A DNA stretch of 64,000 nucleotides from Candidatus Omnitrophota bacterium. GTDB lineage: Bacteria; Omnitrophota; Gorgyraeia; Tantalellales; Tantalellaceae. The position numbers and the translations under genes were made by a program. Shown in pieces: positions 1 to 8,830 of the stretch (its first letter is position 1; each line of letters begins with the position of its first letter). The stretch covers positions 91,964-155,963 of the forward strand of contig JADGBR010000001.1 of the NCBI GenBank assembly GCA_015231405.1. Direction: 5' to 3'. The notes beneath the pieces are model-generated. The model searched no databases and was not told where the DNA came from. It saw only the letters and a list, made by a program, of their open reading frames with translations.

Positions 1-1
1 G

Positions 2-430
2 AGGCCGGGCGTCGCTGCCCAGGCCCTCGGCATAGCTCAGAGAGCACTGGATGAGGCGGTCGCTTATACGCACGAAAGACGTCAGTTCGGACAGGCAATA
101 TCCTCTTTCCAGGGCGTCCAGTTCATGCTCGCGGATATGGCTACCAGCATTGAAGCGTCCAGAGGGCTTATTTATTCGGCTGCGCGGATGATCGATTCCG
201 GGGCGAAGAATATCGCGAAGGTCTCGGCAATGTGTAAACTTTATGCTTCCGATGTGGCGATGAGGGTGACGACTGATGCGGTACAGCTTTTCGGAGGTTA
301 CGGCTACATGAAAGAATATCCCGTCGAGAAGCTCATGAGGGACGCGAAAATAACTCAGATATACGAAGGAACGAACCAGATACAGCGCGGTGTTATCGCG
401 TCGGCCTTAATTAAGGAAGGATTAGCATAG
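2..430 (+). CDS. acyl-CoA (butyryl-CoA-type) dehydrogenase, 5'-truncated by window edge
   Basis: C-terminal ACAD motifs [35 protein letters not shown]; frame open from base 2; directly upstream of etfB/etfA. Confidence 0.93.
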   Translation, partial: RPGVAAQALGIAQRALDEAVAYTHERRQFGQAISSFQGVQFMLADMATSIEASRGLIYSAARMIDSGAKNIAKVSAMCKLYASDVAMRVTTDAVQLFGGYGYMKEYPVEKLMRDAKITQIYEGTNQIQRGVIASALIKEGLA

Positions 431-432
431 AG

Positions 433-540
433 GTGATGGGTTAAGAGTGATGGGTGATGGGCTAAGGTTTTCGCAATACATAAACTCCTCACCCATCACT
501 AATAGTTGACTGAATTGTTATGTCACCCATCACCAATGAG
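433..540. repeat. inverted heptamer array (GTGATGG family)
   Basis: GTGATGG GTTAAGA GTGATGG GTGATGG GCTAAGG (433-467); reverse-complement units TCCTCAC CCATCAC (486-499) and ATGTCAC CCATCAC (520-533). Confidence 0.85.
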
Positions 541-550
541 TGAACTTAAA

Positions 551-1339
551 ATGAACATAATCGTACTTATCAAACAAGTTCCCGAGACTACGGACGTTAA
601 GATCGACCCTGTGACTAATACCCTGAAGCGCGAAGGGGTGCAGTCGATAATTAATCCTTTTGACGTGTATGCCATAGAAGAGGGTATACGGTTAAGGGAA
701 AGAGCCGGCGCGGGAAAGGTGACGGTCATAACTATGGGGCCGCCGCAGGCTTTGGAGGCCCTTAGAGAGGCCGTTTCAATGGGCTGCGATGATGCTATCC
801 TTCTCTCCGACAGGAAATTCGCGGGTAGCGATACATGGGCCACAAGTTACACTCTTTCGAAAGCCATTAAAAAGCTTGGCAAATTCGATGTCATTATTTG
901 CGGAAAACAGGCTTCCGACGGAGATACCGCTCAAGTAGGGCCGGGTGTTTCTACTCATCTGGACATCCCGCAGGTAACTTACGTAAAGAAGATCGAGGAG
1001 ATAACCATAGAAAAAGCCCGCGTCGAAAGGATGACGGAGGAAGGATACGATATAATGGAAACTCCTTTACCGGCGCTTTTTACGGTCGTTAAAGAAATTA
1101 ACGTCCCCAGGCTTCCGTCTTTGAAAGGCAAGATGCGCGCGAAAAAAATAGAGATACCGGTATGGACGGCCGAATCGCTCGAATGCGACGGGAAAAAAAT
1201 TGGGCTGGACGGGTCTCCTACCAGGGTCATGAAAGTATTCACGCCGGCGCCCAGGGAAGGCGGGGAAATGTTATCAGGCGAGCCGGAAGAAGTGGCGAAG
1301 AAACTTGTCGGTTTGCTGAGGGATGCCGTTTTAGGATAA
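551..1339 (+). CDS. etfB: electron transfer flavoprotein beta subunit
   Basis: MNIIVLIKQVP...INPFD...FAGSDTWATS...GKQASDGDTAQVGP; true start judged to be ATG 551. Confidence 0.95.
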   Translation: MNIIVLIKQVPETTDVKIDPVTNTLKREGVQSIINPFDVYAIEEGIRLRERAGAGKVTVITMGPPQALEALREAVSMGCDDAILLSDRKFAGSDTWATSYTLSKAIKKLGKFDVIICGKQASDGDTAQVGPGVSTHLDIPQVTYVKKIEEITIEKARVERMTEEGYDIMETPLPALFTVVKEINVPRLPSLKGKMRAKKIEIPVWTAESLECDGKKIGLDGSPTRVMKVFTPAPREGGEMLSGEPEEVAKKLVGLLRDAVLG

Positions 1340-1359
1340 CGGATCAAGAGGAAAGTGAA

Positions 1360-2571
1360 ATGTCCGGGAAAGAGCCTATACAAGTAATATTGGAAAAATG
1401 CGTAGGGTGCACCCTTTGCGTTAAGGTATGTCCTTTCGCCGCGATAACGATGTCGGGGAAGAAAGCTGCCATAGATCTCAACAAATGCACTCTTTGTGGA
1501 GCATGCCGTGAAGCCTGTAAATTCACCGCCATCGTCATAGAGAAAAAAGAAGAGAAGAAGAACGACCTTTCGGTATATAGGGACGTATGGGTCTTCGCCG
1601 AGCAGAAACAAGGCGTTATTCAATCTATTTCTTTCGAACTTCTGGGGAAAGGAAGAGAATTGGCCGATAAGCTCGGTGTTAATCTTTCAGCGGTGCTTCT
1701 CGGCGACGGGACCGAAAAAGCTGCGCGTGATCTCGTCGAGCGAGGCGCCGATAAAGTTTATGTCGTTGACTCTCCGAAATTAGGCGCGTATCTGGATGAC
1801 CCTTATACGAAAATATTGACGGCGCTCGTGAATAAATATAAACCGGAGGTCGTGCTTTGCGGAGCGACTGTAATTGGCCGGAGCCTTATTTCCAGGGTAG
1901 CTGTCCTTACGAACGCCGGGCTTACGGCGGATTGTACAGGGCTCGATATCGACCAGAAAGAAAGGCTGCTTCTGCAGACCAGACCCGCTTTCGGCGGCAA
2001 TATCATGGCTACCATCATCACGCCGAACACCAGACCCCAGATGGCTACCGTGCGGCACAAGGTCATGACCGAGGCCGTGGCTGTACCCGCGAGGAAAGGG
2101 GAGATAATTAAAGAGACTTTTTCCGACGATATGTATCTCTCGCGGACGAAGCTCATAGACATGGTGCGCGAAATAGAAGAGACTGTGAACCTTGCCGAAG
2201 CGAATATAATCGTTTCAGGCGGACGCGGCCTGGGCGCGAAAGAAAATTTCGACATGATCAGGGAACTCGCATTAACCCTTAACGCGGCCGTAGGGGCCTC
2301 GAGATCTGCGGTTGACGCCGACTGGATACCGTATTCACATCAGGTAGGGCAGACGGGTAAGACAGTTTGTCCGAAACTATATATCGCCTGCGGCATCAGC
2401 GGGCAGATACAACATTTGATAGGTATGAAATCATCGGAAATAATCGTAGCGATAAATAAAGATCCGGAAGCGCCAATTTTTAAAGTGGCGACATACGGCA
2501 TCGTCGGTGATGTTTTCAAGATAGTTCCGAAGCTCACGCAGTATTTCAAAGAGACCCTGCATAAATCGTAG
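1360..2571 (+). CDS. etfA: electron transfer flavoprotein alpha subunit with N-terminal 2x[4Fe-4S] ferredoxin domain
   Basis: Two CxxCxxCxxxC motifs at N-terminus, then LTADCT, RPAFGGN, SGGRG, QVGQTGKTV, GISGQIQH. Confidence 0.95.
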   Translation: MSGKEPIQVILEKCVGCTLCVKVCPFAAITMSGKKAAIDLNKCTLCGACREACKFTAIVIEKKEEKKNDLSVYRDVWVFAEQKQGVIQSISFELLGKGRELADKLGVNLSAVLLGDGTEKAARDLVERGADKVYVVDSPKLGAYLDDPYTKILTALVNKYKPEVVLCGATVIGRSLISRVAVLTNAGLTADCTGLDIDQKERLLLQTRPAFGGNIMATIITPNTRPQMATVRHKVMTEAVAVPARKGEIIKETFSDDMYLSRTKLIDMVREIEETVNLAEANIIVSGGRGLGAKENFDMIRELALTLNAAVGASRSAVDADWIPYSHQVGQTGKTVCPKLYIACGISGQIQHLIGMKSSEIIVAINKDPEAPIFKVATYGIVGDVFKIVPKLTQYFKETLHKS

Positions 2572-2594
2572 AGGCGGGGTTACCCCGCCTCTAC
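2568..2594. repeat. GTAG-type REP-like palindrome
   Basis: GTAGAGGCGGGGT-T-ACCCCGCCTCTAC, perfect 13-bp inverted repeat; related copies at 15680 and 36837. Confidence 0.75.
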
Positions 2595-2631
2595 AGCTGC
2601 ATTTCTCCTAACTCTAGTGTTTTTGCCTTAT

Positions 2632-2647
2632 ACCCCATATATTGTAT
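2632..2647. promoter_or_regulatory. NrdR-box-like site upstream of smc
   Basis: ACCCCATATATTGTAT resembles NrdR consensus acaCwAtATaTwGtgt; near-identical site upstream of recA. Confidence 0.55.
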
Positions 2648-2696
2648 CCAGCTGAATAATTGGCACCAATCAGAGTATACCCACTTGTTGAAAAAC

Positions 2697-2725
2697 TTGA
2701 CAAAAGTGAGAAAATATTGGATAAT
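2697..2725 (+). promoter_or_regulatory. sigma70-type promoter for smc
   Basis: TTGACA-17 nt-GATAAT. Confidence 0.7.
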
Positions 2726-2794
2726 GTTGCCTGTTCCGATAATAAAACGTTGTAATTATACTTTTAATGCATGCATTAACGAGGGAGATTATAG

Positions 2795-5700
2795 ATGTAT
2801 TTTAAGCAACTTCAGATCGTCGGGTTCAAATCTTTCCTGAACAAAACTACGTTAAAATTCGATAAGGGAATAACTGCAGTCGTAGGCCCGAATGGCTGCG
2901 GCAAAAGCAATATCGTTGACTCAATGAAATGGGTGCTTGGCGAGCAATCCACTAAATCGATGAGAAGTTCGTCGATGCAGGATGTCATATTCAACGGCAC
3001 CGATAAATTCGAACCCGTCAACGTGGCGGAAGTATCGGTTACATTGTCGAACGAGAATAATATTCTTCCCGTTGATTACAACGAAGTGACCATAACAAGA
3101 AGGCTTTTCCGTTCAGGCGAGAGCGAATACCTGATAAACAAAACGCCCGTAAGGCTCCTGGACGTGAGGAATATCCTTCTCGGCACAGGGATAGGAACAA
3201 GTTCTTATTCGGTGATAGAGCAGGGAAAAATTGACATGATCCTCAGCTCGAAGCCCGAGGAACGCAGACATGTATTCGAGGAGGCCAGCGGGATAACGAA
3301 ATATAAAACGAGAAAGCATGAAGCGATGCTTAAGCTCGAGAGGACCCATGAAAATCTTTTAAGGCTGAACGATATCATCCGTGAAGTTGAAAGACAGATA
3401 AGGTCCATAGAGCGCCAGGCCAGGAAAGCGGACCGTTTCAGGGCCGTGTTCGACGAATTGAAAACTCTGGAGCTGAAGATAGGGACCGTGAATATCAGGG
3501 AGCTTGACGAGACCGGGGCGAAGATCGGTACCGAGACGGATGAAAGCAATGTTATTCTGGAGAACCTCAAGGCCGAGATCAAAAGGGTAGGCGACGAAAT
3601 ATCTCATGACAGGAACGAATACAACGCGCTCATGGAGATCCTTCAGGAAGCCCAATCGGAGACTGTTCGTATCGGGTCCGCCATAGACAAGAACAAACAT
3701 ATCATCAAGATCAACGAGGAAAGGGCAGAGGAGCTGGCTAAGTATGTCCAGAGGCTTGAATGGGAAGTTGAGGAGTCTCAAGGTAGAAAGGACTCGTTGA
3801 AGAACAGGATAGACGCGTTGGAGATAAAGCTTAGCGAGGTAAGCGAGCGCAGGAAAAAGAAGGAAGAGGAAAGAAAAGCCGTAGATGAAAGCATCCAGGG
3901 TATAACGAGGAGCATGGAGGCGAAGGCTGTTGAGTTGAAAGCCCTTCGCGACAGGTCTTTGGACATCATGAGCCATGAGACGAACCTGAGGAACGAGCTG
4001 ATCAAAACGCGCGCCGATATACACAACGCCTCCTCAAGGGAGAAGAGGCTTGAGGCCGAGACGCGGTCGATAGAACTAGAGCTCGAGAAATATACCGACA
4101 GGATGAAGGTTTCTGACGACGAGCTTGGATACGCGCGGGAAGAACTCGAGAATACAAAGGCGCGGTCCGAGTCGATCCACAACGAATATGCCGTTAAGGA
4201 AAGCCAGCTTTCCGGGGCCAGAAATATGAAATTCCAGAAGGAAAGCGGTCTCCACCAGATAAGGCCTAAGATAGAGTTCCTGGAAAAATTGATAGCGGAA
4301 AGGGAAGGGATGTCCGATAGCATCAAGGATCTGATGAGGGCCGTCGAGGAACGAAAAGATATGTTCCCCGGGGTACACGGGATACTTTCAGAGCTTATCA
4401 ACGTAAAGGAAGGGTATGCCGAGACGGTCGAGTCCGTGCTGGGTGATTTTTCACAGGCAATAGTCGTAAATAATCGCGGAGATCTTGGACAGCTGGTTTC
4501 TTTGGCGTCAGAGAAGAACATGGGCAGCGTCAGTTTCGTTGTTCTCGACGAGGTACGGAACATGGAAAGTGACCAGTTGAACGTCGAGGGATGCGAGGGG
4601 ATAAGGCCGTGTAGGGGTGTCATAGGGACACATAACGAGTATTTCGAGCCTTTGACAATGCTTTTTAATAATATTCTCGTATCTTCAGGATCACATGAGG
4701 CTTGGACTTTCCTTGAGGAAAAAAAATTCGCGGGAAGGATACTCTGCGAAAAAGGAGAGATATTCGAGAAAGGAAGACACAGGACAAGGAACCATTCTTT
4801 CAAGGAAGTTTATTCCCTTTTCGGAAGGAGAGAGAAATTGGAAGAGCTTATTTTGATGGAAGGGAGCATAAGGTCCGAGATCTCCGAAATAGCGAGGAGT
4901 GTTGACGAGCTCACTGGGTGGATAGCCGAAACCCTCCCGGTGAAAGAATCGCTCGAGAAGGATATGAGGGAAAGGCAGATACAGTTCGCGGACCTTTCGT
5001 CAAAAAGGAATTCGATAAAAGAAAGGATCGATATCCTCAGGGAAGAGATCATGGTCGTGGATGTAGAGCGCGGTGAAGTCTCAAGGTCCATTAAAGACAT
5101 GGAGGAGAACGCCTTCAAAATGGATCTTCGGACAAAGGAAATAGAGGAGGAGTCACTCGCGATAGAGGATGCTGTCTCCGGCGCCAACAAGGTCATGCAC
5201 GAGCTCACCTTGGAGAGGGACGCTACCGTCCACCGCTCCAATGAGTGTAAGATAGAGCTTTCAGGCAACGTAAAGGAAGAGGAGCACATAAAGGAGAATC
5301 TGGAAAGGGAAAAACAGGCCTATGGGGGCCTCCTCGAGGATGTTGACAATAAAAAGGAGAATATAACTGAGAGCGGCGAAAGGGTTCTATCCTTAAGGAG
5401 TGAAGCCAGGGACCTTACGGTGAAGAACGAGGAGCTAGAGAAACTGAAGGAAGAGAAAATATTCGAAGGGGCCCAGCGGAAAGCGCAGAAAGACTCACTT
5501 GCCGGGATCCTTGCCGCTAAAGAAAGCGAACTCCGGGAGAAGGAGAACGCGCTGGAATCATTGAGGGACAGGTCAAGGGACCTCGATATAAAAAAGAAAG
5601 AGATAGAATACAAAAAAGAGAATATATGCAGGAAGATACTGGACAATTACAAAGTTGAGCTAGGCTCTTTGCCGGTCGAGATAGAGGAAGGGTTCAACCT

Positions 5701-6391
5701 CGAAGAATCCGAGAACAAGATGGTCGATCTTAAGGGAAAGATCGAGGATATGGGAGAGGTCAGCCTTGGAGCAGTAGAAGAGCACAAACAGCTTGAGGAA
5801 AGGTTCGCTTTCCTGACTAAACAGCGCGACGATCTTGTCCTCTCCAAGGACGACATCATGGAGGCCGTAAGGAAGATCAACGCGACCACAAAAAAGCTAT
5901 TCATGGAGTCGTTCGAGACCATAAAGACGGAGTTTAGCCATTATTTCAAGGTCCTTTTTAATGGAGGTAAGGCGGAGATCCTTCTCGAGGATGAGAACGA
6001 CGTGCTTGAATGCGGGATCGATATTGTCGTTCGTCCTCCAGGAAAAAAACTTCAGAACATCATGCTGCTTTCCGGAGGCGAGAAGGCGATGACGGCTATA
6101 GCTCTCATTTTCGCGCTTTTCAAGGTCAACCCGAGTCCGTTCTGTATTCTCGACGAGATCGACGCTCCGCTTGACGAATCTAATGTGGTGAGGTTCTCAA
6201 AGATACTCAAGGAATTCCTTGAAACGTCGCAGTTCATAATCGTTACGCATAACAGGATGACCATACAATTGGCGGACAGACTTTACGGTATCACGATGGA
6301 GGAAAAGGGCGTTTCGAAGGTCGTGACCGTGAAATTCGCAGACGACCAGAAATTAAATGAGCTCCAGGAAGTCGGGGTAGTCGCATCCTAG
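2795..6391 (+). CDS. smc: chromosome segregation protein SMC
   Basis: Walker A GPNGCGKSN, long coiled coils, hinge, LSGGEK signature, ILDEIDAPLD Walker B; 1198 aa. Confidence 0.97.
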   Translation: MYFKQLQIVGFKSFLNKTTLKFDKGITAVVGPNGCGKSNIVDSMKWVLGEQSTKSMRSSSMQDVIFNGTDKFEPVNVAEVSVTLSNENNILPVDYNEVTITRRLFRSGESEYLINKTPVRLLDVRNILLGTGIGTSSYSVIEQGKIDMILSSKPEERRHVFEEASGITKYKTRKHEAMLKLERTHENLLRLNDIIREVERQIRSIERQARKADRFRAVFDELKTLELKIGTVNIRELDETGAKIGTETDESNVILENLKAEIKRVGDEISHDRNEYNALMEILQEAQSETVRIGSAIDKNKHIIKINEERAEELAKYVQRLEWEVEESQGRKDSLKNRIDALEIKLSEVSERRKKKEEERKAVDESIQGITRSMEAKAVELKALRDRSLDIMSHETNLRNELIKTRADIHNASSREKRLEAETRSIELELEKYTDRMKVSDDELGYAREELENTKARSESIHNEYAVKESQLSGARNMKFQKESGLHQIRPKIEFLEKLIAEREGMSDSIKDLMRAVEERKDMFPGVHGILSELINVKEGYAETVESVLGDFSQAIVVNNRGDLGQLVSLASEKNMGSVSFVVLDEVRNMESDQLNVEGCEGIRPCRGVIGTHNEYFEPLTMLFNNILVSSGSHEAWTFLEEKKFAGRILCEKGEIFEKGRHRTRNHSFKEVYSLFGRREKLEELILMEGSIRSEISEIARSVDELTGWIAETLPVKESLEKDMRERQIQFADLSSKRNSIKERIDILREEIMVVDVERGEVSRSIKDMEENAFKMDLRTKEIEEESLAIEDAVSGANKVMHELTLERDATVHRSNECKIELSGNVKEEEHIKENLEREKQAYGGLLEDVDNKKENITESGERVLSLRSEARDLTVKNEELEKLKEEKIFEGAQRKAQKDSLAGILAAKESELREKENALESLRDRSRDLDIKKKEIEYKKENICRKILDNYKVELGSLPVEIEEGFNLEESENKMVDLKGKIEDMGEVSLGAVEEHKQLEERFAFLTKQRDDLVLSKDDIMEAVRKINATTKKLFMESFETIKTEFSHYFKVLFNGGKAEILLEDENDVLECGIDIVVRPPGKKLQNIMLLSGGEKAMTAIALIFALFKVNPSPFCILDEIDAPLDESNVVRFSKILKEFLETSQFIIVTHNRMTIQLADRLYGITMEEKGVSKVVTVKFADDQKLNELQEVGVVAS

Positions 6392-6410
6392 GGGTATACA
6401 GGACCTCTCG

Positions 6411-6902
6411 ATGATAGGAACGTCAGGTCAGGAAAAGAAAGGAGTAATCCAGCTGGCTGATAAGCTATCCGCCGCTAAAATGACCCTTTCGCTCGCCGAA
6501 TCATGTACGGGCGGACTGGTCTCCAGCTTGATAACGAACATTCCCGGGAGCTCTTCCTTTTTTTATGGCGCCTTGATAGCTTATTCCAATATGATCAAAA
6601 CGGGAATGCTGGATGTTCCATCCGAGATCATTGCCTCGAAAGGCGCAGTAAGCGCGCAAACGGCCGAAGCAATGGCGGTCAATACCCGACTCAAATTCGC
6701 CACCGATATTTCCGGAGCGATAACGGGGATAGCCGGGCCCGGCGGAGGATCGGCTGATAAGCCAGTCGGGACCGCTTATATGGCCGTCGCTACCGCGAAA
6801 GGCGTGTTCTCGAAAAGGATAATGTCTTCTGGGACCAGGGAAGAGGTGAAGTGTTCTTTTGCTCAGGAACTGATCTGGTTCCTGAGTGAGAGTATTCGAT
6901 AA
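6411..6902 (+). CDS. CinA C-terminal domain protein (NMN deamidase PncC-like)
   Basis: AESCTGG, GAVS, ITGIAGPGGGS-KPVG motifs. Confidence 0.9.
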   Translation: MIGTSGQEKKGVIQLADKLSAAKMTLSLAESCTGGLVSSLITNIPGSSSFFYGALIAYSNMIKTGMLDVPSEIIASKGAVSAQTAEAMAVNTRLKFATDISGAITGIAGPGGGSADKPVGTAYMAVATAKGVFSKRIMSSGTREEVKCSFAQELIWFLSESIR

Positions 6903-6952
6903 CGTAGAACTTGGGACAGAGGATGTGGAACGTGCTTGAAACGTTTCACGAC
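6901..6952. repeat. degenerate heptamer array (RACGTRG family), short right arm
   Basis: AACGTAG AACTTGG GACAGAG GATGTGG AACGTGC, then AAACGTT TCACGAC. Confidence 0.6.
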
Positions 6953-6986
6953 GTAAATTATATTGGAATTCGTTACTATCACGAAA

Positions 6987-7571
6987 ATGGCCGACCAGAC
7001 CATACGGGCATTCATAGCCGTTAACATATCCAATACCGCCAAAGATTGTCTGGAGAAAGTACTAACGTCGCTCAAGGCCGCAAATGCCGATGTCAAATGG
7101 TCACGGGCGTCTTCGATACATCTCACTTTGAAATTCCTGGGCGATATTTTTGAGGAGAACGTGGAGCCTGTATGTGACTCGATCAAAACGATAGCGGTTA
7201 AGTTCACGCCTATCGATATGGATATCGCGGATATAGGGGTTTTCCCTTCGTGGAAAGAACCTCGTGTGATATGGGCGGGCGTTTCTTCGCAGGGGAACAA
7301 GATAAAACAGATCGCCGATGCTCTTGAAAAGGCAATGTTCGACCTCGGTTTCGAAAAAGAAAAAAGGGAATTTTCGCCCCATCTCACGCTTGGGAGGGTA
7401 AAGACCGGAACGAACCTGAAAAGACTTGAGGAAATAGCTAAAGGCGTAAAAATCCCCGCCGCCAGGACAAGAGCCGAAAAGGTAATACTCTACAGATCTA
7501 TACTTTCCCCCCATGGTTCGGATCATTTACCCTTAAAAGAGATATTTTTAGGGAAAGAGACACTGGAATAG
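6987..7571 (+). CDS. thpR: RNA 2',3'-cyclic phosphodiesterase (2H family)
   Basis: Two HxT motifs (HLTLKFLG, PHLTLGR); cinA-thpR-recA context. Confidence 0.92.
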   Translation: MADQTIRAFIAVNISNTAKDCLEKVLTSLKAANADVKWSRASSIHLTLKFLGDIFEENVEPVCDSIKTIAVKFTPIDMDIADIGVFPSWKEPRVIWAGVSSQGNKIKQIADALEKAMFDLGFEKEKREFSPHLTLGRVKTGTNLKRLEEIAKGVKIPAARTRAEKVILYRSILSPHGSDHLPLKEIFLGKETLE

Positions 7572-7625
7572 GTCCCGCCAAAAATAGATCAAAATAAATT
7601 GAAACATTTTTCCCAAAAACTGTGT

Positions 7626-7679
7626 CTCCAATATGTGGGGTTAATTTGCTTTACAAGGTGTCGTCGTAGTCGGTATAAT
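7626..7679 (+). promoter_or_regulatory. recA promoter with upstream NrdR-box-like site
   Basis: CTCCAATATGTGGGGT (7626-7641); TTTACA (7650)-18 nt-TATAAT (7674). Confidence 0.6.
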
Positions 7680-7728
7680 GAGCCGGTATATAATAATATT
7701 AATTTCTATAAACAAGGGAGGGGTCAAA

Positions 7729-8823
7729 ATGGCCAGGAAAGAAGATATTCTAAAAAAAGACGAAACGGCCAGAAAGGAAGACGCCGTCATCAAAGATGAT
7801 AGCGGAAAGAAACCGGTTTCGGACGAAAAAAATGCCGCCAGGACCAAGGCGCTTGAAGTGGCTATCAGCCAGATAGAGAAAGATTTCGGAGAGGGATCTA
7901 TAATGAAAATGGGCAAAGATTATAAGGTGAATGTTGCCGTGATACCGACCGGTTCTCTTGCCCTCGACGTGGCTCTTGGGGTGTTCGGGGTTCCAAGAGG
8001 CAGGATCGTTGAGATCTTCGGGCCCGAATCCAGCGGAAAAACCACTTTAACTCTGAATATCCTGGCTAATGCCCAGAAAGAAGGGGGGGAAGTAGCTTTC
8101 ATCGACGCTGAACACGCTTTTGACCCGGGCTATGCCAGGAAAATAGGCATTAATCTCGATAATCTCCTGATATCCCAGCCTGATTGCGGAGAGCAGGCGC
8201 TGGAGATAGCGGAAACCCTGATCCGAAGTAACGCCGTGGATGTTGTGGTAGTGGACTCTGTCGCCGCATTAACGCCCAGGAAAGAAATTGAGGGCGATAT
8301 GGGTGACTCCCACGTAGGCCTCCAGGCCCGGCTCATGAGCCAGGCGCTCAGAAAACTTACGGCGGCGGTCGCTAGATCGAAGACCTGTCTTATTTTCATT
8401 AACCAGATAAGGATGAAGATAGGAGTAATGTTCGGGAACCCCGAAACAACTACGGGAGGGAACGCTCTTAAATTTTATTCATCGGTAAGGATAGATCTCC
8501 GTAAGGTGGCTTCTCTGAAAAAAGGCGAGGAAGTCGTAGGGAACAGGGTGAAAGCTAAAGTAGTTAAGAACAAGGTCGCGGCGCCTTTCAGACAGGCCGA
8601 ATTCGATATCATGTTCGACGAGGGTATATCAAGAGCCTCAAGCATCCTGGATGTCGCTGAGGTAAGCGGGGTTATCGGCAAGACCGGGACATGGTTCACT
8701 TTCGGCGAGGAAAAATTAGGCCAGGGAAAGGAAAAGGCCAGGATGTATCTTATAGAGAACCCCAAGGTCCTTAATAAGCTCGAGACTGAGGTCAAGAAAG
8801 CCATAGGGTATAACAGGGGATAG
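7729..8823 (+). CDS. recA: recombinase RecA
   Basis: [56 protein letters not shown]; RBS GGGAGG before ATG 7729. Confidence 0.98.
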   Translation: MARKEDILKKDETARKEDAVIKDDSGKKPVSDEKNAARTKALEVAISQIEKDFGEGSIMKMGKDYKVNVAVIPTGSLALDVALGVFGVPRGRIVEIFGPESSGKTTLTLNILANAQKEGGEVAFIDAEHAFDPGYARKIGINLDNLLISQPDCGEQALEIAETLIRSNAVDVVVVDSVAALTPRKEIEGDMGDSHVGLQARLMSQALRKLTAAVARSKTCLIFINQIRMKIGVMFGNPETTTGGNALKFYSSVRIDLRKVASLKKGEEVVGNRVKAKVVKNKVAAPFRQAEFDIMFDEGISRASSILDVAEVSGVIGKTGTWFTFGEEKLGQGKEKARMYLIENPKVLNKLETEVKKAIGYNRG

Positions 8824-8830
8824 CGCTCAA

